Assembly (NCBI GenBank): GCA_018303755.1
Contig: JAGVXO010000007.1
Coordinates: forward strand, 295-64,294
DNA: 64,000 nucleotides
Direction of reading: 5' to 3'
Source: Candidatus Pacearchaeota archaeon
GTDB lineage: Archaea > Nanobdellota > Nanobdellia > Pacearchaeales > GW2011-AR1
Below the pieces are notes generated by a model, which saw only the letters and a list, made by a program, of their open reading frames with translations, was not told the DNA's origin and did not search any database. The translations under genes and the position numbers were made by a program. Of the stretch, positions 39,705 to 48,632 are shown piece after piece; position 1 is the first letter of the stretch, and every line of letters starts with the position of its first letter.

Positions 39705-39824
39705 ATGTCAGACGACTACGGCTTTGAAGGAAAGAGAACAACAAAAAAGGATTTGAAGAGAAAGCGCAAGGCGCGAGTGTATAAAAGAGGTGGGCAGAAT
39801 AGGGTTGATGAAAAGAGATGGTGA
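39705..39824 (+). CDS. 39 aa highly basic microprotein
   Basis: MSDDYGFEGKRTTKKDLKRKRKARVYKRGGQNRVDEKRW, ~25 nt after a TTTAAAAA TATA-like box. Confidence 0.55.
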   Translation: MSDDYGFEGKRTTKKDLKRKRKARVYKRGGQNRVDEKRW

Positions 39825-39860
39825 TTTTTGGGATATTGCTTTTTTATAATTCTTTTATTC

Positions 39861-40838
39861 TCACTTCGCCTTCGGCATGTTTTCTATTATCGTCACTAAG
39901 ATTGTAAGTATTAACGGGCCTATTATTAGTCCAATTATTCCAAAGAGTTTTATTCCTCCAATTATTCCAAACAGCATTATTGCAGGATGTGTTCCTGTTT
40001 TCTTGCTTAGTATTCTCGCGCGAAGAAGGTTGTCAATAAATAAGCTTAGAGTTATGCCCAATCCAATTATTCCTGCAGCTGCGAAATATTGTCCATAAAT
40101 TATTTTAATTATTGCAAGAGGAACCCAGATAATTGCAGGTCCGAGCGCAGGAATAAATGCGAGTATTCCTATTGCAAATGCAAGCACAAGATAAGCATCA
40201 ATTCCAAGAAGCTTGAAAACAACTGCACTTAGGATTATTTCTATTAATGCAATAAGGCATGTCCCCATTATTATATTCGATACCCTTTTCTTTATTTTAT
40301 CAACAATTTCTACTTTATTTTTAAATGGCAGTATATTGATAATTGCCTTTTCTATTTTATCCCAGTCAATTAAAAGATAATATGCAGTGAAAATTATTAT
40401 GAACAAATGAAGGATAAAAGAGGGAATGTAGCTTATTGTTTGAGGTATCAGGCTTATGAAATATTCCCCTATTCTAGAGATTATTGCTTCAAGATTATTA
40501 TTTATCAAAGGAATTTTGCTGATTTTTGATAGGCCTTCAAGTATAGCAGAGATATTGACAGGATTTAGGAATTTTGATAGCTGATTAATAAATGCTCCTG
40601 CAAAGGCGACGATAAATCCAATAATTATGGCTATTGCAAGGGAAATTATTGAAAATGCAGATATTCTTTTAGGTATTTTTTTAGAAAGTTTATCATGAAA
40701 GGGTTTAAGTGCATAGGCGAGAATTGCTCCAGTAATAATTGCAATAAGCATTTCATTAAGTATAAGATAAGAAAGTATAATCACTCCTGCAATTATACTC
40801 CAGAAGACATATTTTTTTGTCTGTTCGCTTTTCTCCAT
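39861..40838 (-). CDS. AI-2E family transporter
   Basis: AILAYALKP, FIPALGPAIIWVP, IDNLLR, HPAIMLFGIIGG, GLIIGP. Confidence 0.92.
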   Translation of the reverse strand: MEKSEQTKKYVFWSIIAGVIILSYLILNEMLIAIITGAILAYALKPFHDKLSKKIPKRISAFSIISLAIAIIIGFIVAFAGAFINQLSKFLNPVNISAILEGLSKISKIPLINNNLEAIISRIGEYFISLIPQTISYIPSFILHLFIIIFTAYYLLIDWDKIEKAIINILPFKNKVEIVDKIKKRVSNIIMGTCLIALIEIILSAVVFKLLGIDAYLVLAFAIGILAFIPALGPAIIWVPLAIIKIIYGQYFAAAGIIGLGITLSLFIDNLLRARILSKKTGTHPAIMLFGIIGGIKLFGIIGLIIGPLILTILVTIIENMPKAK

Positions 40839-40899
40839 TTCTGCCTCTTTATAATTCTAATTTAAAAACATTAATAAAGCTTTTTGTTTAGGTTATAAT

Positions 40900-41763
40900 A
40901 TGGATATGTTTTTGGCAGTGCTTGGAATTGTGTGGATAGCTGCTGCAGTGATTCAGGACTTGAAATCACGCGAAGTTGCAAACTGGATAAATTTCAGCTT
41001 AGTTATTTTTGCACTTGCATACAGGTCATTTTACTGGATTTTTTCAGGAGAGCAGATGTTTTTTTTGTCTGGAATTTTAGGACTTGCAATTTTTTTTATA
41101 GTAGCACATCTCTTTTATTATCTTCGGCTTTTTGCAGGAGGAGATGCAAAATTGCTGATTGCGCTTGGGGCAATTCTTCCCACAGCAGGAGGATATTATG
41201 AAAATGCGCTGATAATGCTGTTTTTTATTCTTGTGCTTCTTGCAGGAGGGGGGGTATATTCGTTCTGTTACAGCATTCTTCTTTCTTTTATTTCGTGGAA
41301 TAAATTTTTAAAAGAATTCAAGGTTCAGGTAAGAAAGAATGCATTTTATTTGGTGATTGCTGCGATTGTTTCTGCAGTTCTTGCAACTTTTTCTATGTTT
41401 AGCGGAGATTTTGTTTCTGCTCTTGCCTCTGTTTTAATAATTCTTATTTCTGCACTTTATGTTTATGTAAAAGCAGTTGAAAGTGCGTGCCTTATTTATG
41501 AAGTTTCTCCTGATAAACTTTCTGAAGGTGATTGGCTGGCATCTGAATTGATTGTTAAAGGAAGAAAAATAAACCCTTTCTGGGAAGGAATTAGTCAAGA
41601 AGAAATAGAGTTTATTAAAAAGAATTATAAAAGCAAGGTAAAGATAAAAGGAGGAGTTCCATTTACTCCTGCATTTTTGATTGCATTTATTGCAGTTCTT
41701 TATGTAAGTTATTTTGTTGGTTTTGATTTTATGCTTGAAAGGCTGATGAGGTTTATTGCATAA
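40900..41763 (+). CDS. A24 prepilin peptidase (PibD/ArlK-like)
   Basis: QDLKSREVANW, FAGGDAKLL, GVPFTPAF. Confidence 0.92.
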   Translation: MDMFLAVLGIVWIAAAVIQDLKSREVANWINFSLVIFALAYRSFYWIFSGEQMFFLSGILGLAIFFIVAHLFYYLRLFAGGDAKLLIALGAILPTAGGYYENALIMLFFILVLLAGGGVYSFCYSILLSFISWNKFLKEFKVQVRKNAFYLVIAAIVSAVLATFSMFSGDFVSALASVLIILISALYVYVKAVESACLIYEVSPDKLSEGDWLASELIVKGRKINPFWEGISQEEIEFIKKNYKSKVKIKGGVPFTPAFLIAFIAVLYVSYFVGFDFMLERLMRFIA

Positions 41764-41766
41764 ATG

Positions 41767-41922
41767 CCCGCTCTGCTCATTCATCATTATTATTTCTTAA
41801 ATTTTACTCCATGAGAACATTGGGTATTCATATATTTTAATTCATATTAAAAATAAAGAGGATATAAAAGATAAACACCAATGAACAAACTTAAAATTAG
41901 GGAAAAGAATGGAGTGATAGCA
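41767..41922 (-). repeat. family A repeat
   Basis: minus strand GCTATCACTCCATTCTTTTCCCTAATTTTAAGTTTGTTCATTGGTG...CCAATGTTCTCATGGAG...TGAGCAGAGCG. Confidence 0.75.
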
Positions 41923-41989
41923 AAATGTTGTTCATTTGCCTATGGCAGAAAGCAATAAGTTTATAAATAGTCCGTACTAAGTACATACT

Positions 41990-42745
41990 ATGAAATTCGT
42001 GCATAAAGTGTCAAAAGGAAGCAGGTTTAATCAGATATACATTCCAAAAGAATTTGAAAATCATTTTGAAGTCGGAGATTTGGTGCAGGTGGAATTGCTG
42101 GAAAAAAATACAAAACTTTATTATTCTAAAAAAATAGAATTAAGTAGTTTTAAAAAAAGAATTATCCAAGAAATATTCAGTTGCCTTAACAACTTAAAAT
42201 CTATAAGCCAGATATTTGTTTTTGGCTCTTTTATTACAAAAAAAGCAGATTATAATGACATTGATCTTATAATCATTTCCGACATAATAACTGAAAAACA
42301 GGTTTATACCCTGCTATTGGAAAAATTAGAATTGAAATTCCACATTTTAATGATTCCAGAATCTAAATTAAAAGAACTTGAAAAAATATGTCCTTTGACA
42401 AGAAGTATGCTGTATTACAGCATTTCAAACAAGCCATTTTTCCTGGAAAAAGAGAGGGTTATTGACAAAAACCACATAAATTTTCTTTTAATGATGCCAG
42501 AAGATATACTTAAACTTAATGTAGATGGAAAAACAATTTACAATGCTCTAAGAAGATTAGAAACAATAGAGAATTTTCTTAATAACAAAGAAGAAAATCC
42601 TAGAAAAATAGAAAAAGATGTAGAAAAATTAATAGGAGAGAAAATATCATGCAAATTAAAAGAAAACACTCCTCTTGCACAAGAAGAAACAAAAAGATTA
42701 AATGAGATTATCAAATCCAAATTAGTAAAAATCAGGAAAAAATAA
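41990..42745 (+). CDS. AbrB-like N-terminus fused to an MNT-type nucleotidyltransferase
   Basis: QIYIPKE....FEVGDLV; VFGSFITKKADYNDIDLII. Confidence 0.75.
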   Translation: MKFVHKVSKGSRFNQIYIPKEFENHFEVGDLVQVELLEKNTKLYYSKKIELSSFKKRIIQEIFSCLNNLKSISQIFVFGSFITKKADYNDIDLIIISDIITEKQVYTLLLEKLELKFHILMIPESKLKELEKICPLTRSMLYYSISNKPFFLEKERVIDKNHINFLLMMPEDILKLNVDGKTIYNALRRLETIENFLNNKEENPRKIEKDVEKLIGEKISCKLKENTPLAQEETKRLNEIIKSKLVKIRKK

Positions 42746-42746
42746 A

Positions 42747-43061
42747 ATGAGCAAAAAAGACAAAATCAGCGAACTGACAAATATACTTTCAAAAGCATTG
42801 AGGCATAGAATTGGAAGCATAGTAAATGAACATGAAATTTACGCAGAAAGATATTCTAAAGATTCAGATACTCTGATAAAATCCGCCCAAGATATCTCTT
42901 TAGGAGAAAACTGGAGCATCTATGACAAGGCAGAAATAAAAACACTATTAAAGAAAAAACTCCAAAAAGAACTTGAAGAAAAAGAATTCATAAATGAAAA
43001 AAAGTTTAAGATTTTAGACAAAGAACTGGAAAAAGTGCTTCTCTTCTTAGAACTAAATTAA
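42747..43061 (+). CDS. hypothetical helical partner protein
   Basis: 104 aa directly after the NTase; LRHRIGSIVN. Confidence 0.6.
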   Translation: MSKKDKISELTNILSKALRHRIGSIVNEHEIYAERYSKDSDTLIKSAQDISLGENWSIYDKAEIKTLLKKKLQKELEEKEFINEKKFKILDKELEKVLLFLELN

Positions 43062-43062
43062 T

Positions 43063-43341
43063 TTATTTTCCGGTTCTTCTAAATCCTACAACCTTCTTTC
43101 CCTGATAAATCGGAAGTTCAACAAGTTTTCCTCCTGAACTTCTTAAAGCACTCACGCCGAAAATTACAAAGGCAACTCCAATAACAATAAAATATACTCC
43201 ATGAATATTCATCAAAGGCAAAAATGCTGAAACTGCTTCTTTAATAGGCGCAACACTTAAAGCCATAAAAAATATTCCAATTGCACTTAAAAAATAACCT
43301 AATGTTCTTGACATTTTCACCTCAATACTAAATAATCGCAA
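43063..43341 (-). CDS. small two-TM protein
   Basis: two TMs, then ELPIYQGKKVVGFRR; start may be the internal Met. Confidence 0.6.
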   Translation of the reverse strand: MRLFSIEVKMSRTLGYFLSAIGIFFMALSVAPIKEAVSAFLPLMNIHGVYFIVIGVAFVIFGVSALRSSGGKLVELPIYQGKKVVGFRRTGK

Positions 43342-43348
43342 TTAGAAT

Positions 43349-43552
43349 TTATAAATCTTGTCCCATCTTCATCTCTTTAATTTTCAGAAGAGTTTGCCTG
43401 CCTTTTTCTGTTTTCATAAGTTCAGAATAAAATCTCCGTGCCATTATAATTTGCGCATCTAAAAATGGCTTTAATTTGCTCTTCCATTTTTCAGGATTTT
43501 CTCTGATATAATTTGCCCATCTTTCAATTTGTTCTGAATGTTCCTCACGCAT
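43349..43552 (-). CDS. small partner of the NTase
   Basis: 67 aa, 1 nt downstream of the NTase; IERWANYIRENP..W. Confidence 0.6.
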   Translation of the reverse strand: MREEHSEQIERWANYIRENPEKWKSKLKPFLDAQIIMARRFYSELMKTEKGRQTLLKIKEMKMGQDL

Positions 43553-43553
43553 T

Positions 43554-44120
43554 TTATCTCCTCATTTTAATCATTTTTATTTTATCTTTTATTTTTTCTA
43601 TTTCTTCTAAATTAAGCTTGTCTTTATAAATAATTCTTAAATGCTTTGCATCTTCCATATCCTTATCTGATTTTAAATACTCTTCTTTAAAGGCAATATT
43701 CATTTCAATAGACGAAAAATAAACATTCAACCCTGTAAAAGGCAGTTTAACCCGAGTTTTAATCTGGTAGTCATCTAATTCATCTTTTACAAACTTAATT
43801 TCCATTTCAGGAAGGAATTCTCCTTTTTTTGTATACCTCACACTGGTTTTATGCAACAAATAATCCATGTAGATAATTTGAGGATTTTCAGACTGCATGC
43901 ATTCAAATCCATGTTCTATCAAATCATTATGCAACTCCTCAAATCTTTTTTCATCAATTTTTTCAATAATCATGTCTATATCTTCTGTTCCTCTGCTTCT
44001 TCCATGCGCAATTGCAACAAAACCAGACACAATGATATACCTGCAGTGCTTTTCTACAATTTTTGTAAAATCTTCTGCAAATTCCTCTAAAATCGTTCTG
44101 TCTTTGATTCCTCTCTCCAT
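43554..44120 (-). CDS. nucleotidyltransferase (AbiEii/DUF6036-like)
   Basis: YIIVSGFVAIAHGRSRGTEDID...IAFK...SDKDMEDAKHL. Confidence 0.78.
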   Translation of the reverse strand: MERGIKDRTILEEFAEDFTKIVEKHCRYIIVSGFVAIAHGRSRGTEDIDMIIEKIDEKRFEELHNDLIEHGFECMQSENPQIIYMDYLLHKTSVRYTKKGEFLPEMEIKFVKDELDDYQIKTRVKLPFTGLNVYFSSIEMNIAFKEEYLKSDKDMEDAKHLRIIYKDKLNLEEIEKIKDKIKMIKMRR

Positions 44121-44200
44121 TATACGGTATATCTCCAGGACTATATAATAATTTCTATAAACTCAAGCATCCTTAATATGACTGATATCAGTTTTCTTCT

Positions 44201-44346
44201 TTAAACACTCGTAACTTTCTCACATTCATTATCTTTTCAAGGGTTTTCTTTTTTGATTGAATTTGTTTAATGTTAAATTAAAACATATAAAACCAATCTG
44301 CCCACAACGCCAGATTTCAAAAATAATAAAACAGGTACGAAGCGCA
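44201..44346 (+). repeat. family A repeat
   Basis: TAAACACTCGTAACTTTCTCACATTCATTATCTTTTCAA...CCAATCTGCCCACAACGCCAGATTTC...GTACGAAGCGCAC. Confidence 0.7.
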
Positions 44347-44382
44347 CAAAAGTATTAAATACTCCAAAAACGGGAAATATCA

Positions 44383-45015
44383 ATGAGCAGTTTAAGAAAA
44401 GAACAGCTGAAACAGGCAAGAGAAGCGCTTTTAAAGCAGATTGAAAGCTGGAAAGGAGATCAGGAAGGCGCAAGAGAGCAGATTAATTCTTTATCAGATG
44501 AAGAGCTTGAAAGCTTTTTGATTAAAAATAAGATTATAAAACTGCCTTATGGCGAATCTGAAAATTCTGCAGAATCAAAAAGTCCGTTCAGAATGATTGT
44601 AGAAGGAAAAATTAAGAGTTATAAAATTTCAGAAAATGACAGTGCACTTGCAGTTCTTGAAATAAATCCTGTTTCAAAAGGGCACACAATTATAATTCAA
44701 AAATCGCCGTCTGAAGAAATCTTAGAGGGAACAGAAACTCTTGTAAAAGAAACTGCAGACAAATTAAAATACACGCTAAACTGCAGAAGAGTTGATGTTG
44801 CAGTTCAGGATGTTCTGGGAGAAAGAATAATTAATTTAATTCCAGTTCATAATGAAGAAAATATAAACTCAGAAAGAAAAAAAGCAAGTGATAACGAACT
44901 TAAAGACGTGCAAAAACAAATTCTGGAGAAAAAAGCTGAGGAAAAAACAGAGAAAAAATCTGAAAAAGAAATTCCAATAGAAAAGCTTCCAAAAGCGCCG
45001 AGGAGGATTCCTTAA
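44383..45015 (+). CDS. HIT-fold protein lacking the histidine triad
   Basis: SPFRMIVEGKIKSYKI.E....AVLEINPVSKGHTII; no HxHxH. Confidence 0.75.
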   Translation: MSSLRKEQLKQAREALLKQIESWKGDQEGAREQINSLSDEELESFLIKNKIIKLPYGESENSAESKSPFRMIVEGKIKSYKISENDSALAVLEINPVSKGHTIIIQKSPSEEILEGTETLVKETADKLKYTLNCRRVDVAVQDVLGERIINLIPVHNEENINSERKKASDNELKDVQKQILEKKAEEKTEKKSEKEIPIEKLPKAPRRIP

Positions 45016-45016
45016 T

Positions 45017-45139
45017 ACTCGTGAAAAATCTCCAATCTTTAGATTGGAGTTAAAATGTATAGATTTTTCCCGGTTATCCCAAAACCCAAGCACAAACCCC
45101 ACACTTTAGTGTGGAGTATACTCAAAGGGTTTTGTGATT
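45017..45139 (+). mobile_element. family B non-autonomous IS200/IS605-like element
   Basis: preceded by TTAAT; two CTTTAG-loop hairpins; TCAA after the second hairpin. Confidence 0.8.
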
Positions 45140-45333
45140 TTATACAAAGCTCTGTAATCTCCAATTCGATAACGAAATATTTTATCAGAGTTTTCCCTGC
45201 CAATAAATTTTGCATCACTTGGTATAGGTTCTTGTTTCAACCTTTCAATTCTTTTGATTATCCTTTCAGTTACATGCAAATCAAGATTTTTTAAGAATTT
45301 TTTTGGTTGAGCTGCGAATTCAATAGAAAACAT
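45106..45333 (-). pseudogene. RelE/ParE toxin truncated by the family B element
   Basis: FSIEF...KKFLKNLD...RIIKRIERL..EP.P...FRYRIGDYRALY, then reads into the repeat. Confidence 0.75.
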
Positions 45334-45374
45334 TTTAAATACTTAACTCTTTTTTTAAACATTCAATAGATGTA

Positions 45375-46440
45375 TAGCATAAGACATTAATTATTCCCCA
45401 AGATTTATATACCCCTTATCTTTGTTTATTGGGAGGTAAAAATATGAACAATAAACAAATAGAATTTCTTAAGAAAGCTTATAAAAAAGAAAGAGATGCA
45501 AAAATAATAAAGAGAATTCTTATGATAATTTACACACTTCAAAAAGAAACTTTAAGAGAGATAGGTGAAAGACTTCATTGTGACCATAAACTTGTACTTT
45601 ATTGGAAAAGGAGATATGAAAAAGAAGGCTTAGAAGGTCTTAAAACAAGACCCAAAAGTGGAAAGCCGAGAAAGATTTCACGACGACAAGAAGCAAATTT
45701 AAAAAGAATCTTTTCTAAAGAAAATCCAGATAAACCTTGGACAACAAAAAGAGCTTTAGTATTAATTGCAGAAAAAACAGGTGTAGATTATTCACAACGT
45801 CAGACAACGAGAATTTTAAATCGCTGGAATTTTGGTCTCTCTACGGGTAGACCAATTTATTGGCATAAAGCTTCAGAGGAAGAAATAGCAAAATTCGGAA
45901 AAAAAAATTTGGTATTACAAAGATAAATATCCAAATCATCCATTATTTTGTGAAGATGAATCAACATTCCTTTATGATTCAATTTCCAGGAAAGTTTGGG
46001 TAGTAAAAGGCAGAGAATATAGACGATTAGTGACAGGTTCTCATAAGAAAGTACATGCATATGGCTTTCTTTCTGAAAATGGTAAAAAGATGTTTACATT
46101 AAGAAAAAACATGAATGCTGAAGAATTTGTTAAAGTTTTATCTAAATTCTTACACAAATTCAAAAGAGCAATACTAATTTTGGATAAGGCTCCTTGGCAT
46201 AAAAAGTCAAAGAAAGTTCAAAAATATTTGAAGGAACATCGACGAGAATTAAAGATAATTTGGTTTCCATCCGGATGCCCTGAAATGAATCCTGTTGAAG
46301 AATGTTGGAGACAAGCCAAAGGAGAAGTTAATGGTGGTAGAATTCATGAAAGTTTTGAAAGGATGGTGAAAGAACTAAGATATTTTATGAAATATACTGA
46401 ATTCAGGCAGAATATGGGGAAATACTTACGTCCTTAGCCA
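45375..46440 (+). mobile_element. IS630-family insertion sequence
   Basis: TA at 45373-74 and 46441-42; imperfect ~26 bp TIRs (TAGCATAAGACATTAATTATTCCCCA / TGGCTAAGGACGTAAGTATTTCCCCA). Confidence 0.88.
45444..46437 (+). CDS. IS630 transposase in two frames (HTH ORF 45444-45926 plus DDE ORF), joined at an A9 run
   Basis: HTH ...W.RRY..EG.EGL.TRPKSGKP; frame 2 FCEDES...ILDKAPWH...PEMNPVEECW. Confidence 0.88.
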
Positions 46441-46520
46441 TAGCTTCTAAAATTTCTTTTATTTTTCCTGTTAGATATTTTTTATCATACTTGCTCTGTA
46501 TATATTCACTTACAAGTTCA

Positions 46521-46925
46521 TTAGTTAAGTTTTGTGTGCTTTGCATTATTAATAATCTCTATAATGTCTTTTTCCACTTCTTCAGCTTCCTCTTGACTTA
46601 CTTCTGGAAAAAACTGGGAAATCATTGTTGGTCTCATGCCAACAATTTTTACCTTACCATTTTCTTCCAAAACATTAATTTTGCATGGCATGCATAGAGA
46701 AATAAGCTTGTTCTTGTTCAAAAATTGGTTTGCATATTTTCCTGAACAAATTTCAATTATTTTTAGTGGTTTTTGACCAAATCCTTTTGCAGCCAATCTT
46801 TCTTTCATATCATAAATCTGAAATATTGTCCAATTTTTCTGCTCAACTACTTTCAGCACCGAAACAACTGCTTCATCGAAACTTTTTTCAGTCTCAACAA
46901 TATATGCAAAATTTTCTATTTTCAT
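46521..46925 (-). CDS. DUF302 protein
   Basis: KSFDEAV..., IIEICS, SLCMPCKINV, MRPT. Confidence 0.85.
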   Translation of the reverse strand: MKIENFAYIVETEKSFDEAVVSVLKVVEQKNWTIFQIYDMKERLAAKGFGQKPLKIIEICSGKYANQFLNKNKLISLCMPCKINVLEENGKVKIVGMRPTMISQFFPEVSQEEAEEVEKDIIEIINNAKHTKLN

Positions 46926-47158
46926 TTTTTACCTTCTTGTAACTGTTTAACTAACCATAGAATAAATAAAACTAAGGCTACTAAAATTAGAGTCATAAAT
47001 AAAAACCCAAAAATCCACATACCTCCAAAACCAAATCCCCAATTTCCCATCATGCCATAACTTCCACCAATCATTCCACCAAAACCAAACATTCCCAAGA
47101 GTAAGAATACAATTACAGCAATTATTATTCCAATGATTAAATTATTATTGTCTTTCAT
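46922..47158 (-). CDS. small Gly/Met-rich membrane protein (metal-resistance cluster type)
   Basis: GGMIGGSYGMMGNWGFGFGGMW between two TMs. Confidence 0.65.
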   Translation of the reverse strand: MKDNNNLIIGIIIAVIVFLLLGMFGFGGMIGGSYGMMGNWGFGFGGMWIFGFLFMTLILVALVLFILWLVKQLQEGKK

Positions 47159-47727
47159 TTTGTTTTCTCCATTATGATGCCATAGTGATATGGTTTTAAA
47201 TCATATTTTTTTAGACTACTAAATCCAGCAAATTCTGCCCACTTAATGCATTGTTCAGGTTTTGGTCTCATTTCCATTGGAGGACCTCTTGGAGTTGTTG
47301 AATCATAGTTCCAGTGAATAATTCCAAGTTTCCCATTTATTTTCAAAATCCTATAAGCTTCTTTTAATAATTTTTCTGGATTTTTTGTGGTATACAATAT
47401 ATTGAAAAGAAAGACATAATCGACAATTTCATTTTCAAGACCAGAGCCTTCAGCCATAAAGTCACGAAGCCTTGCTTCTACATTATCCAGCCCGTTTTCT
47501 TTTGCTTTTCTTTTTACATTCTCTATCATTTCGGGCTCTATATCAATAGCATAAACTTTTCCTCTTATTATCTTGGCTGCAGGTATTGTGAAAGTTCCAT
47601 AACCACATCCTAAATCTGCCACACCCACTACACTGTTGCTTAAACCCAGAGTTTGAAGTATTTTATTGGGCTCAAAAAATCTACCCCACATCTCTTCTTC
47701 AGGCATGCCACTTTCTTTAAGTTTCAT
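47155..47727 (-). CDS. class I SAM-dependent methyltransferase
   Basis: VADLGCGYGTF, VYAIDIEPEM, EAYRILKINGKL, TPRGPP. Confidence 0.9.
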   Translation of the reverse strand: MKLKESGMPEEEMWGRFFEPNKILQTLGLSNSVVGVADLGCGYGTFTIPAAKIIRGKVYAIDIEPEMIENVKRKAKENGLDNVEARLRDFMAEGSGLENEIVDYVFLFNILYTTKNPEKLLKEAYRILKINGKLGIIHWNYDSTTPRGPPMEMRPKPEQCIKWAEFAGFSSLKKYDLKPYHYGIIMEKTK

Positions 47728-48050
47728 GCTTTCACCCCCACTAATATTTTTCTATTTTTTTCTAATCTTTCTGTCAAAACTTCTTTAATAATATCAAACG
47801 CCTTGAATATCTTTGGATTTGATAATTTATAATAAATCATTTTACCATCTCTTTTAGAGACAACAATACCTTTAGATTTCATTATTGACAAATGCTGGGA
47901 AATATTCGCTTGGCTTAATTTAGACATATTGATTAGTTCTGTAACAGACATTTCCTTATCTCTAAGAAGATTTAGAATTTCTAACCTTATTGGATTAGAG
48001 AACACCTTACACATTTCTGCATGTAGATTATAGATCTCTTTCATTAACAT
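47724..48050 (-). CDS. ArsR/SmtB transcriptional regulator
   Basis: KVFSNPIRLEIL..L...EMSVTEL.....SQANISQHL...GIV..RDGK..YY. Confidence 0.92.
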   Translation of the reverse strand: MLMKEIYNLHAEMCKVFSNPIRLEILNLLRDKEMSVTELINMSKLSQANISQHLSIMKSKGIVVSKRDGKMIYYKLSNPKIFKAFDIIKEVLTERLEKNRKILVGVKA

Positions 48051-48112
48051 ATTAGAATATTCTAATATATAAACTTTATGCTTCGGCTTTTTAATGCCTC
48101 ACCTCTTTTCTA

Positions 48113-48478
48113 ATGTTTCAAAAATATGAAATGTCTGCCAAACCTTCTAATTTAGCTCCCGTTAACTTTACAGCTCAAAGAAAACATAAAAATAAAGATG
48201 GAACATTTGATTTTGAAGTCAAAGGAGATGATATTTATCTTGCCAATGATTTGCTTGTCGGTGCTTATGAAAATCTTTATGATACGGCTATTTTAGTTTC
48301 AGGAGATGAAGATTTTATTCCAGTAATCCATACATTAAAAAGATTAAACAAAAAAACAGAAAATGTCTTTTTTTCAAAAACTTCTTCTAAAAAACTAAGA
48401 AAACTTTGTGATAAAGCAGTAAATATTTTAAGTATAATTGATAAAATAAGATTAAATAAAAAGTCCGGTATTGTCTAA
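48113..48478 (+). pseudogene. NYN/LabA-domain RNase, N-terminally truncated
   Basis: VKGDDIYLANDLL...YDTAILVSGDEDFIP...SKKLRKLCD; N-terminal IDGxN motif absent. Confidence 0.7.
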
Positions 48479-48632
48479 AAGACCATACCGGGAAAGTTAT
48501 TAGTAATATAATAATTAAGTACTTTTTAAACTCTTTTCTCGCTTTTTTATGGGCAATTTCCCCTTTTTATAGACAAAAAGCCCATTTATGGAATGTGTCC
48601 CAGATGTTTAAAATTATTTAAGAATTACCTTT

